From: Monocercomonoides exilis PA203
Lineage: Eukaryota > Protista > Preaxostyla
Direction: 5' to 3'
Assembly: GCA_001643675.2 (NCBI GenBank)
Contig: LSRY02000026.1
Span: 434,001-498,000, forward strand
Length of the DNA stretch: 64,000 bases
This document shows, piece by piece, positions 40,024 to 51,888 of this stretch (position 1 is the stretch's first letter; each line of letters starts with the position of its first letter). A model generated the notes under the pieces. It had not been told where the DNA came from, did no database searches, and saw only the letters and a list, made by a program, of their open reading frames with translations. Made by a program: the position numbers and the translations under genes.

Positions 40024-40126
40024 GAAGAGAAGAAAGTGAATTTCATATTTTTTTTTCTAATCAAAACGCAAGCATTTTGATTTACAAGAAAACATTCATT
40101 CACTTTCTTCTCTTCGATCTGAGAGT
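40024..40126. repeat. DIRS internal complementary region (ICR)
   Basis: 40024-40051 is the reverse complement of 39795-39822 (element 3' end). 40059-40126 is the near-perfect reverse complement of 44209-44276 (element 5' end). Confidence 0.9.
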
Positions 40127-40142
40127 TTGGAGTAATTGGGCG

Positions 40143-41490
40143 TTATGGATTACTTTCTGAATTTTCTCTTTCCATCATTTCTTTTCTTCTCTGTGATCTT
40201 GTTCGAATAATAAACTGGATACATTTTTCTTCGATGATTTCATATGTGTCTTTCTCGTTTTCATTGTTCGTTGTATTAAATTGCTTTTCGTGGATAGATT
40301 GAGACTCATTATCATCTGGTTCTTCGATACGGTCTGGTTGTGAAATCTCTTCTCTTGCTTTCTCTGTTTCATGGCCTTCTGGCAAACGTGATTGTTGATT
40401 GATTGGAATAAATAAATCTTTTTCGTCTGGTGCAGTTGTGGATGGAGGAATTGTGGAAGGCTGTTGAGTTGCTTTCTTTGTCTCTTGATTGGACGATATA
40501 ATCTGTGCCATTTTGTTTGATATGTTAGATCTGAAATAATGTTTAATCACTGTGTTGCTTCTGGGGGATAATCTTGCGAATTTAGCCACCTGTTCGACTG
40601 GAGTTCCTGCCATTGTTAAGGCTGATATGGAGGCATGTTTCAAGGTGTATGGGCTGTAGTTCGACGGGATTCTTGCATCTTTCATCATTTCGCTTGCTGC
40701 TTTTCGAATTGCACGGGCATTCATTGGATCATATGTTGAAGAGCTCAGAAATAGTTTATTTGCAGCTGGATTGTGAATTTTCACACGATCCCATAAATCT
40801 TTAACGGCTGTTGCTGGACATATCAAACTTTCCTTGTCGAGGAATGGGATGACAATGTTGCTTCTTTCAAGTTCAGTTTTAAGTGATGTATTCAGGTTAA
40901 TTGATTGCTCATCTATTTCTGATTCCTTGAGATTGATTCTTTCCAATTCTGTGAAGCGGCACGCAGAGAACATCATGCATAAACAAATTGTTTTCCTTGT
41001 CAGCTGTGAGAATGACAAATTTTCGTTCTGTCCAATCGTTTCTATATACGTGAATAGTTGTTGAGGATTCCACATATCATCCTGTCTCTTTTTCTTTCTG
41101 CATTCCGATCTCCTGAATGATCTAAACAGAATTGAGATCAAGGTGTTCTCTCCAAGTGATTTTCCGTATAATACTGATGTTAGGAAGGAAATGGCAGATC
41201 TGACAATTCTCAATGAAGAAGCTTTCATTCCGTTGTTTTTCAAGGCAACAAACACATCCAAGCATCTTTTTTGCCAAATCTGAAATTTTGAAGGGATGTC
41301 TTTGAATTTTAACTGATCCCATCCGTCTTTGAAATGCGCGAAACCATAAGTGTATCCCATCCATGTTGCACTAGCGACGCTGTTTTTGCACTCTTCGGCC
41401 AGTTCACGTGACATGCTTCTTGATGCTAAAATCTCGTTCCACCACGATTTTCCCTTTTCAGTTATGGATTGATTAGGCATATCCTCAGTC
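40143..41490 (-). CDS. DIRS tyrosine recombinase (C-terminal part of ORF 40143..43280)
   Basis: SAM-like N-domain (SATWMGY...SSLRIVRSAIS), then MWNP, FSACRFTEL, SLKT, ICPATAV, LFL, YSPYTLKHASISAL and VIKHY. Open throughout; the true start is uncertain. Confidence 0.88.
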
Positions 41491-41890
41491 TTCCTGGAGG
41501 AAGCGTTGCATTCATTAGCTTCATCCATCTTCCTTCCTTGATTATCTCCTCCGTTCTCCTCCATGTCCAAGAGATGTGATTTGTGTTGTTCAGAAGAGGT
41601 TCCCATATCTGACCTTTCCAATCTGGAAGAAGAAGAAGGACTCGAGCTTTCTCCATCGCTGCTTTTCGGATCACTGCTGGAATCAAGGGAACTGGTGGAT
41701 GCGCAAGAATTGTCTCGTTTCTCCAAGAAATTTGTAACCCGTCTTGACTTAAATTGCTTCCTGGTCCGCACCATCTCGTTGCTTTTGTGTTTTCTTTTGT
41801 CGCGAAAGCATCGAGTGTGATGTGCATCTGAAGTTGTTTGGTGATCTCCTCGAGTGCTTCTTGTTCGACTTCGTAATCTCCTCCTTTTGC
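41462..41890 (-). CDS. DIRS DNA N6-adenine methyltransferase-like domain (3' end of pol)
   Basis: LDAFAT, DGLQISW, ILAHPPVPLIPAVIRK and LLLLPDWKGQIW, directly after the RNase H terminal motif HIPGERNVRADGLSR. Confidence 0.8.
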   Translation of the reverse strand, partial: AKGGDYEVEQEALEEITKQLQMHITLDAFATKENTKATRWCGPGSNLSQDGLQISWRNETILAHPPVPLIPAVIRKAAMEKARVLLLLPDWKGQIWEPLLNNTNHISWTWRRTEEIIKEGRWMKLMNATLPPGRLRICLINP

Positions 41891-43280
41891 CAATCTCGAT
41901 AGTCCATCTGCTCTGACGTTTCTCTCTCCGGGAATATGTTGAGCTTTCACAACCACTTTCAGCAGTTGGGTTTGATTCCATATTCTCTTCAGAAGGGTTC
42001 TGAGATTCGGACCCGCTCCTCATCGATTCAGATTGTAAACTGCTGTTGTGTTGTCTGATCGAATAAGCAGATTTCTTATTTCTTGATTTCGAATGAAATT
42101 TGAGAAATGCGCGATGGCTTGATTTATAGCGAATAGCTCTCTGTAATTTGAACTTTGGTTTCTGACTGGAAGTGGAAGAGTTTTGTGAAAGTCCAGCATT
42201 TGGTTGTTGACTTTTAGTGTTGCGCCTATGGCAAACCCTGATGCATCTGTCGTAAGAATTGCTTCTGGTCGAAACACTGGATTCAATTTCCTTGGTTGGT
42301 TCTCTTTCAGCCTTTCGCTCCACTTCCTGTGGCAATTTGTTATCGATGCATTCACGCGCATTTTTCCTTGCCATCCATTCAGACTCAAAGCTTTGTTTAG
42401 GAGTTTGTACAGTTGTGACAAATTCAGGGAGGCTTCTTGATACACGAATCTGGTTGCATTCAGTTTCCCTATCAACGAGGCAAACTTCTTTATCGAAACA
42501 ACTCTGTTGTACTGGGCAATCCTCCTCCATTTCTTGCACTCTTTCATCAGTTCGGTTTTCTTCGATTCCTCTATCTGTACCACAAACTGATTGGAATTTG
42601 TTGAACATCGAAAGAGTTTTCTCCACAATAATATTGAGTTCCTGCGGGTCTTGATGAAGAAGAACGATATCGTCCAGGTATGCAATGGCTCTCACGTTCC
42701 ATTCCTCCCTCATGAACTTTAGAACTTTCCTCATCACTTTTGTAAACGTTCGAGGCGCATCTTTGTATCCGAAAGGCATTCCGTGGAAAGCGTAGTATCT
42801 TCCTTTGAAAACGAACGAAAGGAATGGCGATAATTCTTCGCTGACTTTTATTAGATAATAAGCTTGGCTCAAGTCCAATGTGACTGCGTAATCCTTTTCT
42901 TGTATTATTTTCTCCACTGTTCTGTGGTCTTCTTGCTTGTAATAAATCGTCTTGATTGCATTGTTGAGTCTTCGGCAATCCACGATTTGCCTCCAGCCAC
43001 CATCTTTCTTTCTGATTACAAACACTGGGTTCAAATGCTTTTCATCCTCCTCCTGAATTGGCTTGATAATATTTGTTTCCAGTTGCTTCTTGATCATCTC
43101 TGAAAAGGCTTGTTGGGCTTCTTGACTCTTGTGCTCCAAAGGGTTGAATACTCCTGTTTTCTTGAGTGATTCCTTCGCAGCTTTGCTCCTCCATACAGGA
43201 ATTACTCCTTTCCCAATAATTCGTGCTCCTCCAATTTTTTCCCATTCTTCTCGAAATAAGCAAGTTCTTCCTCCAACCAT
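41890..43280 (-). pseudogene. DIRS reverse transcriptase plus RNase H, disrupted
   Basis: RT motifs PVFVIRKKDGGWRQIVDCRRLN, LDLSQAY, GMPFGYKDAPRTF and YLDD. RNase H motifs TDASG, SSNYRELFA and RSDNTTAV. Frameshifting deletion near 42590; in-frame TGA at 42020-22. Confidence 0.9.
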
Positions 43281-43327
43281 TGCCTCTTGTCGAACTTCTG
43301 TGGGCTGCAGAATGCTGTTCGTTTCTT

Positions 43328-44170
43328 CTATTGGAATTTTCGCTCCCCTGATTGTCTTCTTGAAGCGAAACCTGAAGCTCTTGGTCGCAGTCGGATTTGG
43401 TTTTGTTGTCTTGACAACCGGGGAGCTCTTTGAAAAAATCTGTGGCTAGCTGATCTTCTGGTTGGAATTGTTCTGGCTGTTATCGAACTTCTTCTCATAG
43501 GCCAGCTCGTTGTTTGCAGTTTGAATTGTTGGCTCTTTTCTGTTTTTCTCCATTCTTCAAGGACTTCTGATTGCCTTTGAGTTAGAAGACTGGAAGCTGT
43601 GCTCTCCTTCATCTGTGCAGCTGCCCTAAAGCCGAATCTTCCTTGAATTCTTACAGATCTTGCTTCCTTCAGCGCTTTTGAAACGAATAAAATTGCATCT
43701 GCAATTGATCCTTTTTCGTCATCTTTTTCTTTTTATTTCGCATGTGTGTAAAGCAGAATTTTAATGGTCGGATATAGAACAGCTTCAGTTCGCTCGCCTG
43801 CCTTATCCAATGCGTCGTTCATCCAATTATCTGTTCTCGAAGCTGCAGGAGGGGCCTTTGGCAGAAATGGACTTAAATCATCTTCCTTCAGGTCAATAAT
43901 AAGATCTTCCAAATATCTTTCTGGTAAGTCCATATCATATAAGCTGCAATCCGGATCTCTAAGAAATATTATCAAAAAACTTTTTTCCAGATGCAAACTA
44001 TCCTCGCCATGGCTTTCTTTTGCTTCTGTAGCTCCCGGGATCTGTTGGGAAAATTCAGAACTGGAATGAGAAATCACACTTGAAAACATCTCTCCCTGAG
44101 GTCCATCTGACATCATTGATGTAGCAGAATTCAACGCGGGTCCAGTGCTGAGTGGAGAGCTTGGGAGCAT
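43328..44170 (-). pseudogene. DIRS gag-like ORF1, frameshifted
   Basis: ORFs 43733..44170 and 43328..43612 lie between the 5' ITR and RT. Assigned by position only. Confidence 0.6.
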
Positions 44171-45429
44171 TCTTTTTTCAGATTCGCCGTGACTGACCCT
44201 TAAGTGATACTCTCAGATCGAAGAGAAGAAAGTGAATGAATGTTTTCTTAAAAATCAAAATGCTTGCGTTTTGATTCCTTTGAAAATTCGTTCAATCTAT
44301 TTTTTTCTCTGTTTTGAAAAAACTTTGAACTGAATTTTTGATATGAGAAACAAATAAATGATAAAATCAGAAACCAAATAGTTTCGTCTTTTCCACATTT
44401 CTTTCTATGCATGATTATCAAATGTATTCTATTGATTATATTTTTCCAAGCAGTTTTCGCATGTAAATAATCTCAAAACCTAATTTAACAGCCAACCTTG
44501 TTTGTCAAGTTTCTCTCAAAGCCAAATCATTCTTTTTAAAACAAAGTGTCTTCTTTTTGTTCGATTTCATGCTGCATGGTTTCTTATTTTTTTGTTTATG
44601 CAAATAATTTTCATCATCCATTGATCGAAAACACAAAACTATTTGTTATTTTCTACTGTTATTTCTTTCTTAAACTTGAGAATAACAACAGAAAAAATCA
44701 TTTGAAAAAAACTTAACAAAAATTTTTGACAGATTTGAAAATTTAAATGAGGGATAAACGTTTTCCTAATTTGTTGAAGGTTTTTTTTAGAATGAATTTG
44801 TTCTTAAGGTTAGCTGAACTTTGAAATAGAGCTGCCTTTCATGGATAACAACCTTTTATAATTGAAAATCTTTATGAAAATGGAAAGTCTTTCAACTGAA
44901 CAAAATTAAAATCAACTAAAAAAATTTCAGATATTTATCAAAGATTAATCAAAAGATATGAATGCGACAAAGAAAAATCATTATGCTCAGAGTCATTGAA
45001 GAATAATTATTGTGTCAGAAGTTGCTTTTATGTTTTGAAATGAAAATGGCATTCTGAAAATTTCTAATCTTATTCTCATCGATTTTTCATAAAAATTTGT
45101 GCGAATCTCATCTTTTTGAAGTTTTATCGTAATACCTTTTTTCGGTTTTGATTTCTACAAACAAATGAAAGAATATATTAATACCGAAAGGATTTATGAG
45201 ATAAACTTTAAAGAAATCAAAGACAAACTTTTTTTCACGTAATATTCATGTCAAAATGCTTCCACTTTCGATTCTTAAAAATCCCACTCATTTTTTCTCA
45301 AACTTTTCAATATGATGTCAGATGAAGAAAATGTTTTCAAATTCATTTCTGTTATATTCAAGAATAGGATCCTTAATAGTTAAAGAAAACGACAAAACAA
45401 AACAAAAAAAAACTTTTTAAATACCAGAC

Positions 45430-46316
45430 TTATTCCTCCTCAATAACAGTGACATCTTCGAAAGATGATTTCACGAAAACCTCGAAAAAATCATCAAAAT
45501 TCTTATCTGGATTTCTTAGATAAGTGAACTCATGCAAATAATTGGACAAATACTTCCTTTGGACACCGTGTCGAGGAAGAAAATGCTTTTAAAGTGACCA
45601 TGACCGTTCGATCCTGTTTGTGTGACACTTTGTTAATGAATCAACAAAGTGATTTTTGTGATTAACAGTTCGATGGATAAAACCAAGCGTGTTTAATGAA
45701 CTATGCCCTTTCCAACAGTCAGTATTAATTGTTGTGTTTTTTTTAACAGCTGATTTAATGAGAGATTGCAACACAGGTTTTGTTCGATTTGGTACAATTT
45801 ATAGAAACAAATTACTCTTTCCTTTTGCTGTTTCAGGCCTTTCAACACCCCCAACAATCCATAGTAATGGTTTTCTTCTTCCCACTTTTTTCTTTCTTCG
45901 ATAAAAAGCAGCTTCATCGATTTCAATCGTTTTATTTTCTCCTCCAATTTTGAATTTGTGTTGCTGCTGATGAAGAACAATTGCTTTCCTCAATAAAGCA
46001 TAAAGCTTTACAATTGTGGAGACATTCACTGATGCCAAAATTGCTGCTTTAAGCTGTTCCAAATGAAGCCAAAAACAAAAAAGCAATAACGCTAATCTTC
46101 CGTAATGGTAACTTAATTTTTTCAAAAACAGTGTTGCTTCTTAATGATTTTTTTACAGTGTTTGCACCTAAAATTGTAGTAATTTCCTCTTTCAAGTTGG
46201 AAATTCATGTATTTTTTGCATTTCCAACAAAACATAGATGAATGAATAAAATTTTTGTTCTGCAGCCATTTGATTGTCTTCAGTTCATCTTGAAACAAAT
46301 TATTAAGCTCTTCCAA
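45430..46316 (-). mobile_element. Merlin (IS1016/IS1595-family DDE) transposase pseudogene
   Basis: Zinc ribbon CWKC...FRCKHC; IGGENKTIEIDEA; WIVGGVER; INTDCWKGH; HRTVNHKNHFVD; CHTNRIERSWS; HGV..KYLSNYLHEF. Two or more frameshifts and a stop. TIRs not identified. Confidence 0.9.
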
Positions 46317-46523
46317 ATGTTTCCTCTCAACCCCATCGAATGGAATTTTGAAATAGGAATATTGATAATTAATGAAAAGGGACTACTCCCATTATTTTTT
46401 TGTTTTTTCTGAGTTCAAAATTATTTCGAATTCACTTCTTCGTTTAATAACTTCATTTTTTTATGAAATAAAATAACTAGCAATCGACAAAAACGTGAGA
46501 AAGACAGGCTTATTCTGCAGTCG

Positions 46524-48095
46524 ATGAAACCATTACTTGCCGAAACTTCGTGTTATCTTGATAAATCCTTAGCATCAAAAGGAGAAGTTTGGTTCAATGC
46601 CATCCTCCACATAATAGGATTTTCCATTGATATCGTTTATCCTTGCGAATCCAGCTTTTTGCCATCAACATGGAACGGATATTTACTAAGTTTCGACCTT
46701 TTCGGAGAAGAGTGGGCTGGATGCAACTATGGTCCACCTCCAAGTGATTGGTTTGACTGGGTAATAAAATGAGCGGATATCTTTCTTGGATTTCACAACA
46801 AGGGACAAAAATTGTCTTCGCTATGCAAAACACGTTCAGCAATTTCACTTGTATTTCAACTGTTATTCGAAAAGCAGTTAGCAGATTATCCATTAATGAA
46901 GATTCTTTTCCGATCTTTCCAAAGACTTGAAAGAAGAAAGAAGAAAAACAAACCTCCGATATGGAATCCAAGAGTTCTTTTGTTCTACATAGCAACCTTA
47001 GGTGAAAACAAAGATCTGGATAATGACACACTCATGAAGAAAACAATCTGCCTATGTATCCTATTTTCTGCATGCCGCTTCACTGAAATCGAAAGAATAA
47101 GCCTTACACATTCCACAATAAAAGAGGACTCAATTGCCCTTGACACCTCATTGAAGACCAGAATGGAAAAAACGGACATCATCATCCCATTCCTCCGAGA
47201 AACACCACTGATTTGCCCTGCATCAGCTGTGAAGGAATTATGGTTAAGAGTGGAAAAGATACAAGCAAATTCTGACCACTTGTTTCTGAACGAAATTACA
47301 AAAAAGCCACTGTCTTCAAGAGCCCTGAGAAAACTTGCATCTGAAATCATTCACAAATCAGGTATTCCTGAATGTTTCGGACCTTATTCACTAAAGCACG
47401 CTTCAATATCTGCCTTAACAATGTCTGGAATGCCCATAGCACAAGTTGCCAAGTTCGCAAGGCTGTCTCCGCAAAGCGATAAGATAACGAACTGCTATTT
47501 TCAATCAGATGTCTCTTCCTCTTGCACAAGAGCTGTTGCAGTTCAATCAACCAAAATCAACGTTCAAAGTGAAACACAAAGTGACTCAGCTGATCCACAT
47601 TTAGTGAACTTGAGAATCTCAGAAGAAAGTTATGCAAGCAGAAATGACGGCGATGATTCAACCACAGCTGAGAACGAACAGGAGGAAGTGGATAGAAGTG
47701 GAGATTCAGAATCTTTACACATGACAAAGTGAGTACAAATGTTGAAGATAAAAAGGAAAAACAGCAGATTTCACAGCAATCAGGGAAAAGCTGTTTGGAA
47801 TTCAACATCAGATTGTCTTAAGCCAAGTCGAATCGAGGAACCAGAAGACAACAACATCGAAGAACCTAAAGAGAAGAACCAGAGCGAAAGAAAGATCGAA
47901 CAAGAAGTCATACAAGAAAAACACGTTCAGTTTATAATAAGAACCAGAACACAAGCAAAGCAAGAGTTACTAGAAAAAATGTTGAAAAACGGAGATTTCT
48001 AAATCTACTTAATCCTATTGATGCTTCACGTCTTCTCAATTAAGTATTTCTCTCAAAACATAAGAGAAGGAAGTGAGAGTCACATTTTCTTTTTT
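46524..48095 (+). mobile_element. Second, divergent DIRS-type tyrosine recombinase relic, without RT
   Basis: 46524..46772 and 46812..47732 are in frame across a TGA and align end to end with the YR at 40143-41490 (FSACRFTEI, LICPASAV, PYSLKHASISALTM, VAKFARLSP). C-tail QFIIRTR in 47739..48002. A terminus-like CTCTC..AAGAGAAGGAAGTGA lies at ~48050-48077. Confidence 0.85.
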
Positions 48096-48189
48096 AATAA
48101 AATCAAAATAAAAATAATAATAAGCGTGTCACTTTTCTTTGTCAATATGCATCAACAACAATCACTGACTGCACTCCTCCATTTATTTT

Positions 48190-51100
48190 TCAGTTGTTCC
48201 GAGATCTTCTCTTCCTGACAACTACAATTGCAATAATCACAACTACCACCACTACCACCACAATCACAATAGGAACCACAATAGCAACCACAGTCCCTGC
48301 ACTCATCTTCTTCTTCTTTTCTGGTTCTGGCTCATCTTTCTTCTCCTTCAGGTATTTCTCATACACATCTTCAGGAGCAGCCTCTTCATCTGTTGCCCCC
48401 ACAATCCATCCTTTGTTGCCATCGTTGTAGTCCTTCGCAAATGCAAAGGCGTCTTTCTGTTGGCTGAACTTATCAAAGTCTGGAGCAATGATGCACAGTG
48501 ATGCCACCGATGAATCTTTCCCTTTGTTGTCACCTAACTCAAGTTTGCCTTCACCTGGAAGTTTCAAATTATCAACTGCATCTTTCACTTCAATGAGAAT
48601 AGCTCCTGCCTTTCCACTTGCTGCTTCACACGATTTGAATGAACATTTCTTTTCTCTTCCCATTTCCACTTTCGAACCATTATCAACCATCTTGATCAAT
48701 ACACCTGCACACAATCCCTTCGATGATTTCACTCCATTCATGCTCAACCCTTCTATTCGAACACTCGATGCTTTTTCAGCTGCATCTTGGATGTTGATTG
48801 CTGCTCCATCTGTCACACTCACTTTGTTGATCTCAACTGTATCAAGTTTGACTGAATAAGCACCTTCAATATCAAACAATGATTTTTCGAATTTCACTTC
48901 ATTATCGCCCTTGCATTCAACTCCACTCATTGAAAGTTCTCCTTCTTTCACATTAACAAGATGGATTTTGGCAATTTCTTCATCATTTCTGGGTGCAATT
49001 GGCTCTGGTCTCACAAATTTGCAGTTCACAATACTCAACTTAGCATCTGCACCCTCTGCAACAATCAATGAGGATGTGTCAGTGTTTGATTCCTCTGGCT
49101 CATCCAATGACAATGGGAACAAGAAGGATATTCCTCTGAACTCAACTTCACTCTTGCATGTGAACAAATCTTTTCCAGATTTGACATTACAATCGATCTC
49201 CACTTCTGTTTCTTTTTCTGTTTCCTCTGCTTTCTCCACACCCACAATAGTTATCAATGAAAATTTCTCAAGTGTAACAGCTGCAGCTTTGAATGATTCA
49301 TTCGTTCTGATGATATTGATCTTGAAGTTTTCTCCTCCAACACCCACTCCAAACAATTTGTATGCTTTATCAAGACTTTTCTTTGGGTTGTCATAGCTCA
49401 ATCCATTTTTGGTATCATCTGTTGCTCCTTCACTCACATACACATTTGTATTCGGATCAAAATACACTTCTGTAAAATCAACTTCAGAGCTATCCTCTGT
49501 TCCTTTTGCAACAACAAAGCATTTATTTTCATTTTTCTTGTATCCAGATGCAAAGCTTTGCTTCATCGCTTTTGCAATGTCTCTGTGAAGGCTGACTGGC
49601 ACATCTAAATACAATCCTGTGTTCTTTTCAGCATTAGATGTTGAATCTGAATCTCCTGCCTTGCACCCTGTGAATACTAAATTATCTCCTGTTTCTGGCC
49701 ATGTCAGTTCATCTGCTTTTGTTATTCCTGTCATTTCCAGACATATTGCTCCTGCTTTCCCTTTTGAACATGTGCAGCCATCGAATTTTGTTTTCCCAGT
49801 GTTTCCAATGGAGAATGTGCTTTCTGCATGTTCGCTCTTCACATAAAGTGCTCCACATGTATCTGTTGATGCATCTTCCGATTTGCATTCTGTGAATGTG
49901 CATGTGTCCAATTTCACTGAAATAGCTGTGTCTGTATTTCCAACAATTTTTATAACAGCACTTCCATTTGATGTTATCTTCTTCAGATTCAATGATGTCA
50001 ATGATACAGCTGTCACTGCTGTTGTTGTTCCATCAACCAAAAATGGTGTCTCTGAAAATTTCACTTCGTTCTCAGAAGTGCATTCGACCTTGTTCATTGT
50101 CAATGTCCCTGCACTCACTTTCACAAGATGAGATTTCACTTCTTCCCCTGTGTTTGTTAGCATCCCAAGTGTATTTGTTTGTGTTGTAAGCTTAAAATCA
50201 CAAGTGTCAATTGTTAGAGAAACTGATCCATCAGTAGCATGAATCAAGGCATATGGTCCTTCATTTCCTTCAAATTGATTTTTCACTTGTCCAGATGTTG
50301 ATTTGAAATCGAATATCAAATTCTTGAATGTCACTGTTTTTTGACAGGTGAATAAATCGCTTTCAGAAATATTGCTACAATCTATCTCAACTTTTGTGTC
50401 AGCTTCATTTCCAGTTTCCTCTGCTTCTACCACTCCTTCGATCGTAATTCCTGTCTCTTTTGAGAATGTCACAGCATCTGCTTTAAGAACTTCTTGGTTT
50501 GATTTTCCTTTTTCTTTTAATATTTTAATAGAAAATTCTCCTGGACCTTTTGATTTATCCAATAAATCATTAGCTCCTTTTATTGTTTTAAATGGTTTTG
50601 TTTTTGTTCCATCTGCTGTGTCATCACTTCCTCCATTCTTAACATATGCCTCATGTGGATCAAAATATACTGCAGTGAAATCAATATCTTCACCTTCACT
50701 ATTTGTTCCCTTAGCTGCAACAAACCAGTCATTTGTTCCTTTCACATAGTTTTTGGCAAATTTCTCTTTCATTGCTTTGGCAATATCCTGTAACTTTTCA
50801 CTGTTCACATCAAGATACAAAAACGTCTGTTTATCTGAACCAGCTTTGCACCCACTAACTGTCAATTTTTCTTCCTCAGACCATGTCAGTTTTTCTGCAC
50901 TATCAATTTTTGTCATCTTCAGATATATCCCACCTGATTTCCCATTGGCACATTCACATGATGTAAATGTTGTTGTTGCATTTGAAATTCGTGAACTTTC
51001 TCCTATATTAAATGTGCTATCTGATTGATCACTTTCAACATACAATGCTCCACTTGTGGCATTAGATGCTTCTGTTGATATGCAATTGGCAAATGTACAC

Positions 51101-51888
51101 CCATGGACATTCACTTCAATCTTCTCACTATTGTTTCCCACAATCTTCACCACTGCACTTGCACTCGACTCTATGTTATTCAATGTCGATGCAATCAATG
51201 TCACTTTTGTTGCTTTGTCAAACAAAAACGGAGTGGTTGAAAACTTGGCAGTGTTGTTATCATCACTGAAAGATACTGCCTCCATGTTGAATTCACCTGC
51301 TTCCACTTTTACTAAATGTATATTGGCTGTTTCTGTTTCTGTTGGACGAACAAATTGGCAAGTGCTAATTGTCAGATTAGGTGATAGTTTATTTGTATTT
51401 GTTGTCATGGATGAATGATCAGATGACACTTGAGTTGATCCCCCTGAATTTGCAACCAATCGAATAATAGCCAACGTGTTGTCATCATTAGATGCATTTC
51501 CAAGTGACACTGGATATATAAACTTCAGATACTTGAATGTCACATTTTGCTTACAAGTGAACAGATCCGTGTTAGTATCACTATTACCATTACCCTCAGT
51601 AAGATATGTGCAGTTTATTTCCACTAACTCAGGAGTCCCATTTGCACCTTCATTTTGTTTTCCTTGGATCATTAATGGTTTTTCTTTGTCAAATGTATTC
51701 ACTCCTGCTACTAATGCAGGTTGACCATCTTCTTGTTTTATAATTGTAATGATGTATGAAGTTGAACTTGTATCACCATTAAGCTTATCATATGCATCAC
51801 TTATCTTTCCAATAGGGCTATCTTTTGTTCCATTTCCGTTTCCTCCACTTTTGACGAACTTTTCTTCCACTTTTCCTTCTGAATACAT
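48190..51888 (-). CDS. Surface protein family A, copy 3: three repeats, TM and basic cytoplasmic tail; signal-peptide start codon missing
   Basis: Open 1235-codon frame; TM VVAIVVPIVIVVVVVVVVIIAIVVV then RKRRSRNN. Upstream in frame reads *RIVFFQIVLS-MYSEG, so the first ATG is at 51888. Confidence 0.82.
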   Translation of the reverse strand: MYSEGKVEEKFVKSGGNGNGTKDSPIGKISDAYDKLNGDTSSTSYIITIIKQEDGQPALVAGVNTFDKEKPLMIQGKQNEGANGTPELVEINCTYLTEGNGNSDTNTDLFTCKQNVTFKYLKFIYPVSLGNASNDDNTLAIIRLVANSGGSTQVSSDHSSMTTNTNKLSPNLTISTCQFVRPTETETANIHLVKVEAGEFNMEAVSFSDDNNTAKFSTTPFLFDKATKVTLIASTLNNIESSASAVVKIVGNNSEKIEVNVHGCTFANCISTEASNATSGALYVESDQSDSTFNIGESSRISNATTTFTSCECANGKSGGIYLKMTKIDSAEKLTWSEEEKLTVSGCKAGSDKQTFLYLDVNSEKLQDIAKAMKEKFAKNYVKGTNDWFVAAKGTNSEGEDIDFTAVYFDPHEAYVKNGGSDDTADGTKTKPFKTIKGANDLLDKSKGPGEFSIKILKEKGKSNQEVLKADAVTFSKETGITIEGVVEAEETGNEADTKVEIDCSNISESDLFTCQKTVTFKNLIFDFKSTSGQVKNQFEGNEGPYALIHATDGSVSLTIDTCDFKLTTQTNTLGMLTNTGEEVKSHLVKVSAGTLTMNKVECTSENEVKFSETPFLVDGTTTAVTAVSLTSLNLKKITSNGSAVIKIVGNTDTAISVKLDTCTFTECKSEDASTDTCGALYVKSEHAESTFSIGNTGKTKFDGCTCSKGKAGAICLEMTGITKADELTWPETGDNLVFTGCKAGDSDSTSNAEKNTGLYLDVPVSLHRDIAKAMKQSFASGYKKNENKCFVVAKGTEDSSEVDFTEVYFDPNTNVYVSEGATDDTKNGLSYDNPKKSLDKAYKLFGVGVGGENFKINIIRTNESFKAAAVTLEKFSLITIVGVEKAEETEKETEVEIDCNVKSGKDLFTCKSEVEFRGISFLFPLSLDEPEESNTDTSSLIVAEGADAKLSIVNCKFVRPEPIAPRNDEEIAKIHLVNVKEGELSMSGVECKGDNEVKFEKSLFDIEGAYSVKLDTVEINKVSVTDGAAINIQDAAEKASSVRIEGLSMNGVKSSKGLCAGVLIKMVDNGSKVEMGREKKCSFKSCEAASGKAGAILIEVKDAVDNLKLPGEGKLELGDNKGKDSSVASLCIIAPDFDKFSQQKDAFAFAKDYNDGNKGWIVGATDEEAAPEDVYEKYLKEKKDEPEPEKKKKMSAGTVVAIVVPIVIVVVVVVVVIIAIVVVRKRRSRNN

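Larger units (their letters stand above)
39789..44276 (-). mobile_element. DIRS1-like tyrosine recombinase retrotransposon, structurally complete
   Basis: Inverted terminal repeats 44179-44237 / 39805-39866. Internal complementary region 40024-40126. gag, RT, RNase H, MT and YR in overlapping frames. Confidence 0.93.

Noticed and set aside
40143-43280. A genuine novel RT-recombinase fusion protein
   Set aside because: The junction removes conserved RT motifs, and RNase H continues in another frame, so it is best explained by a frameshifting deletion.
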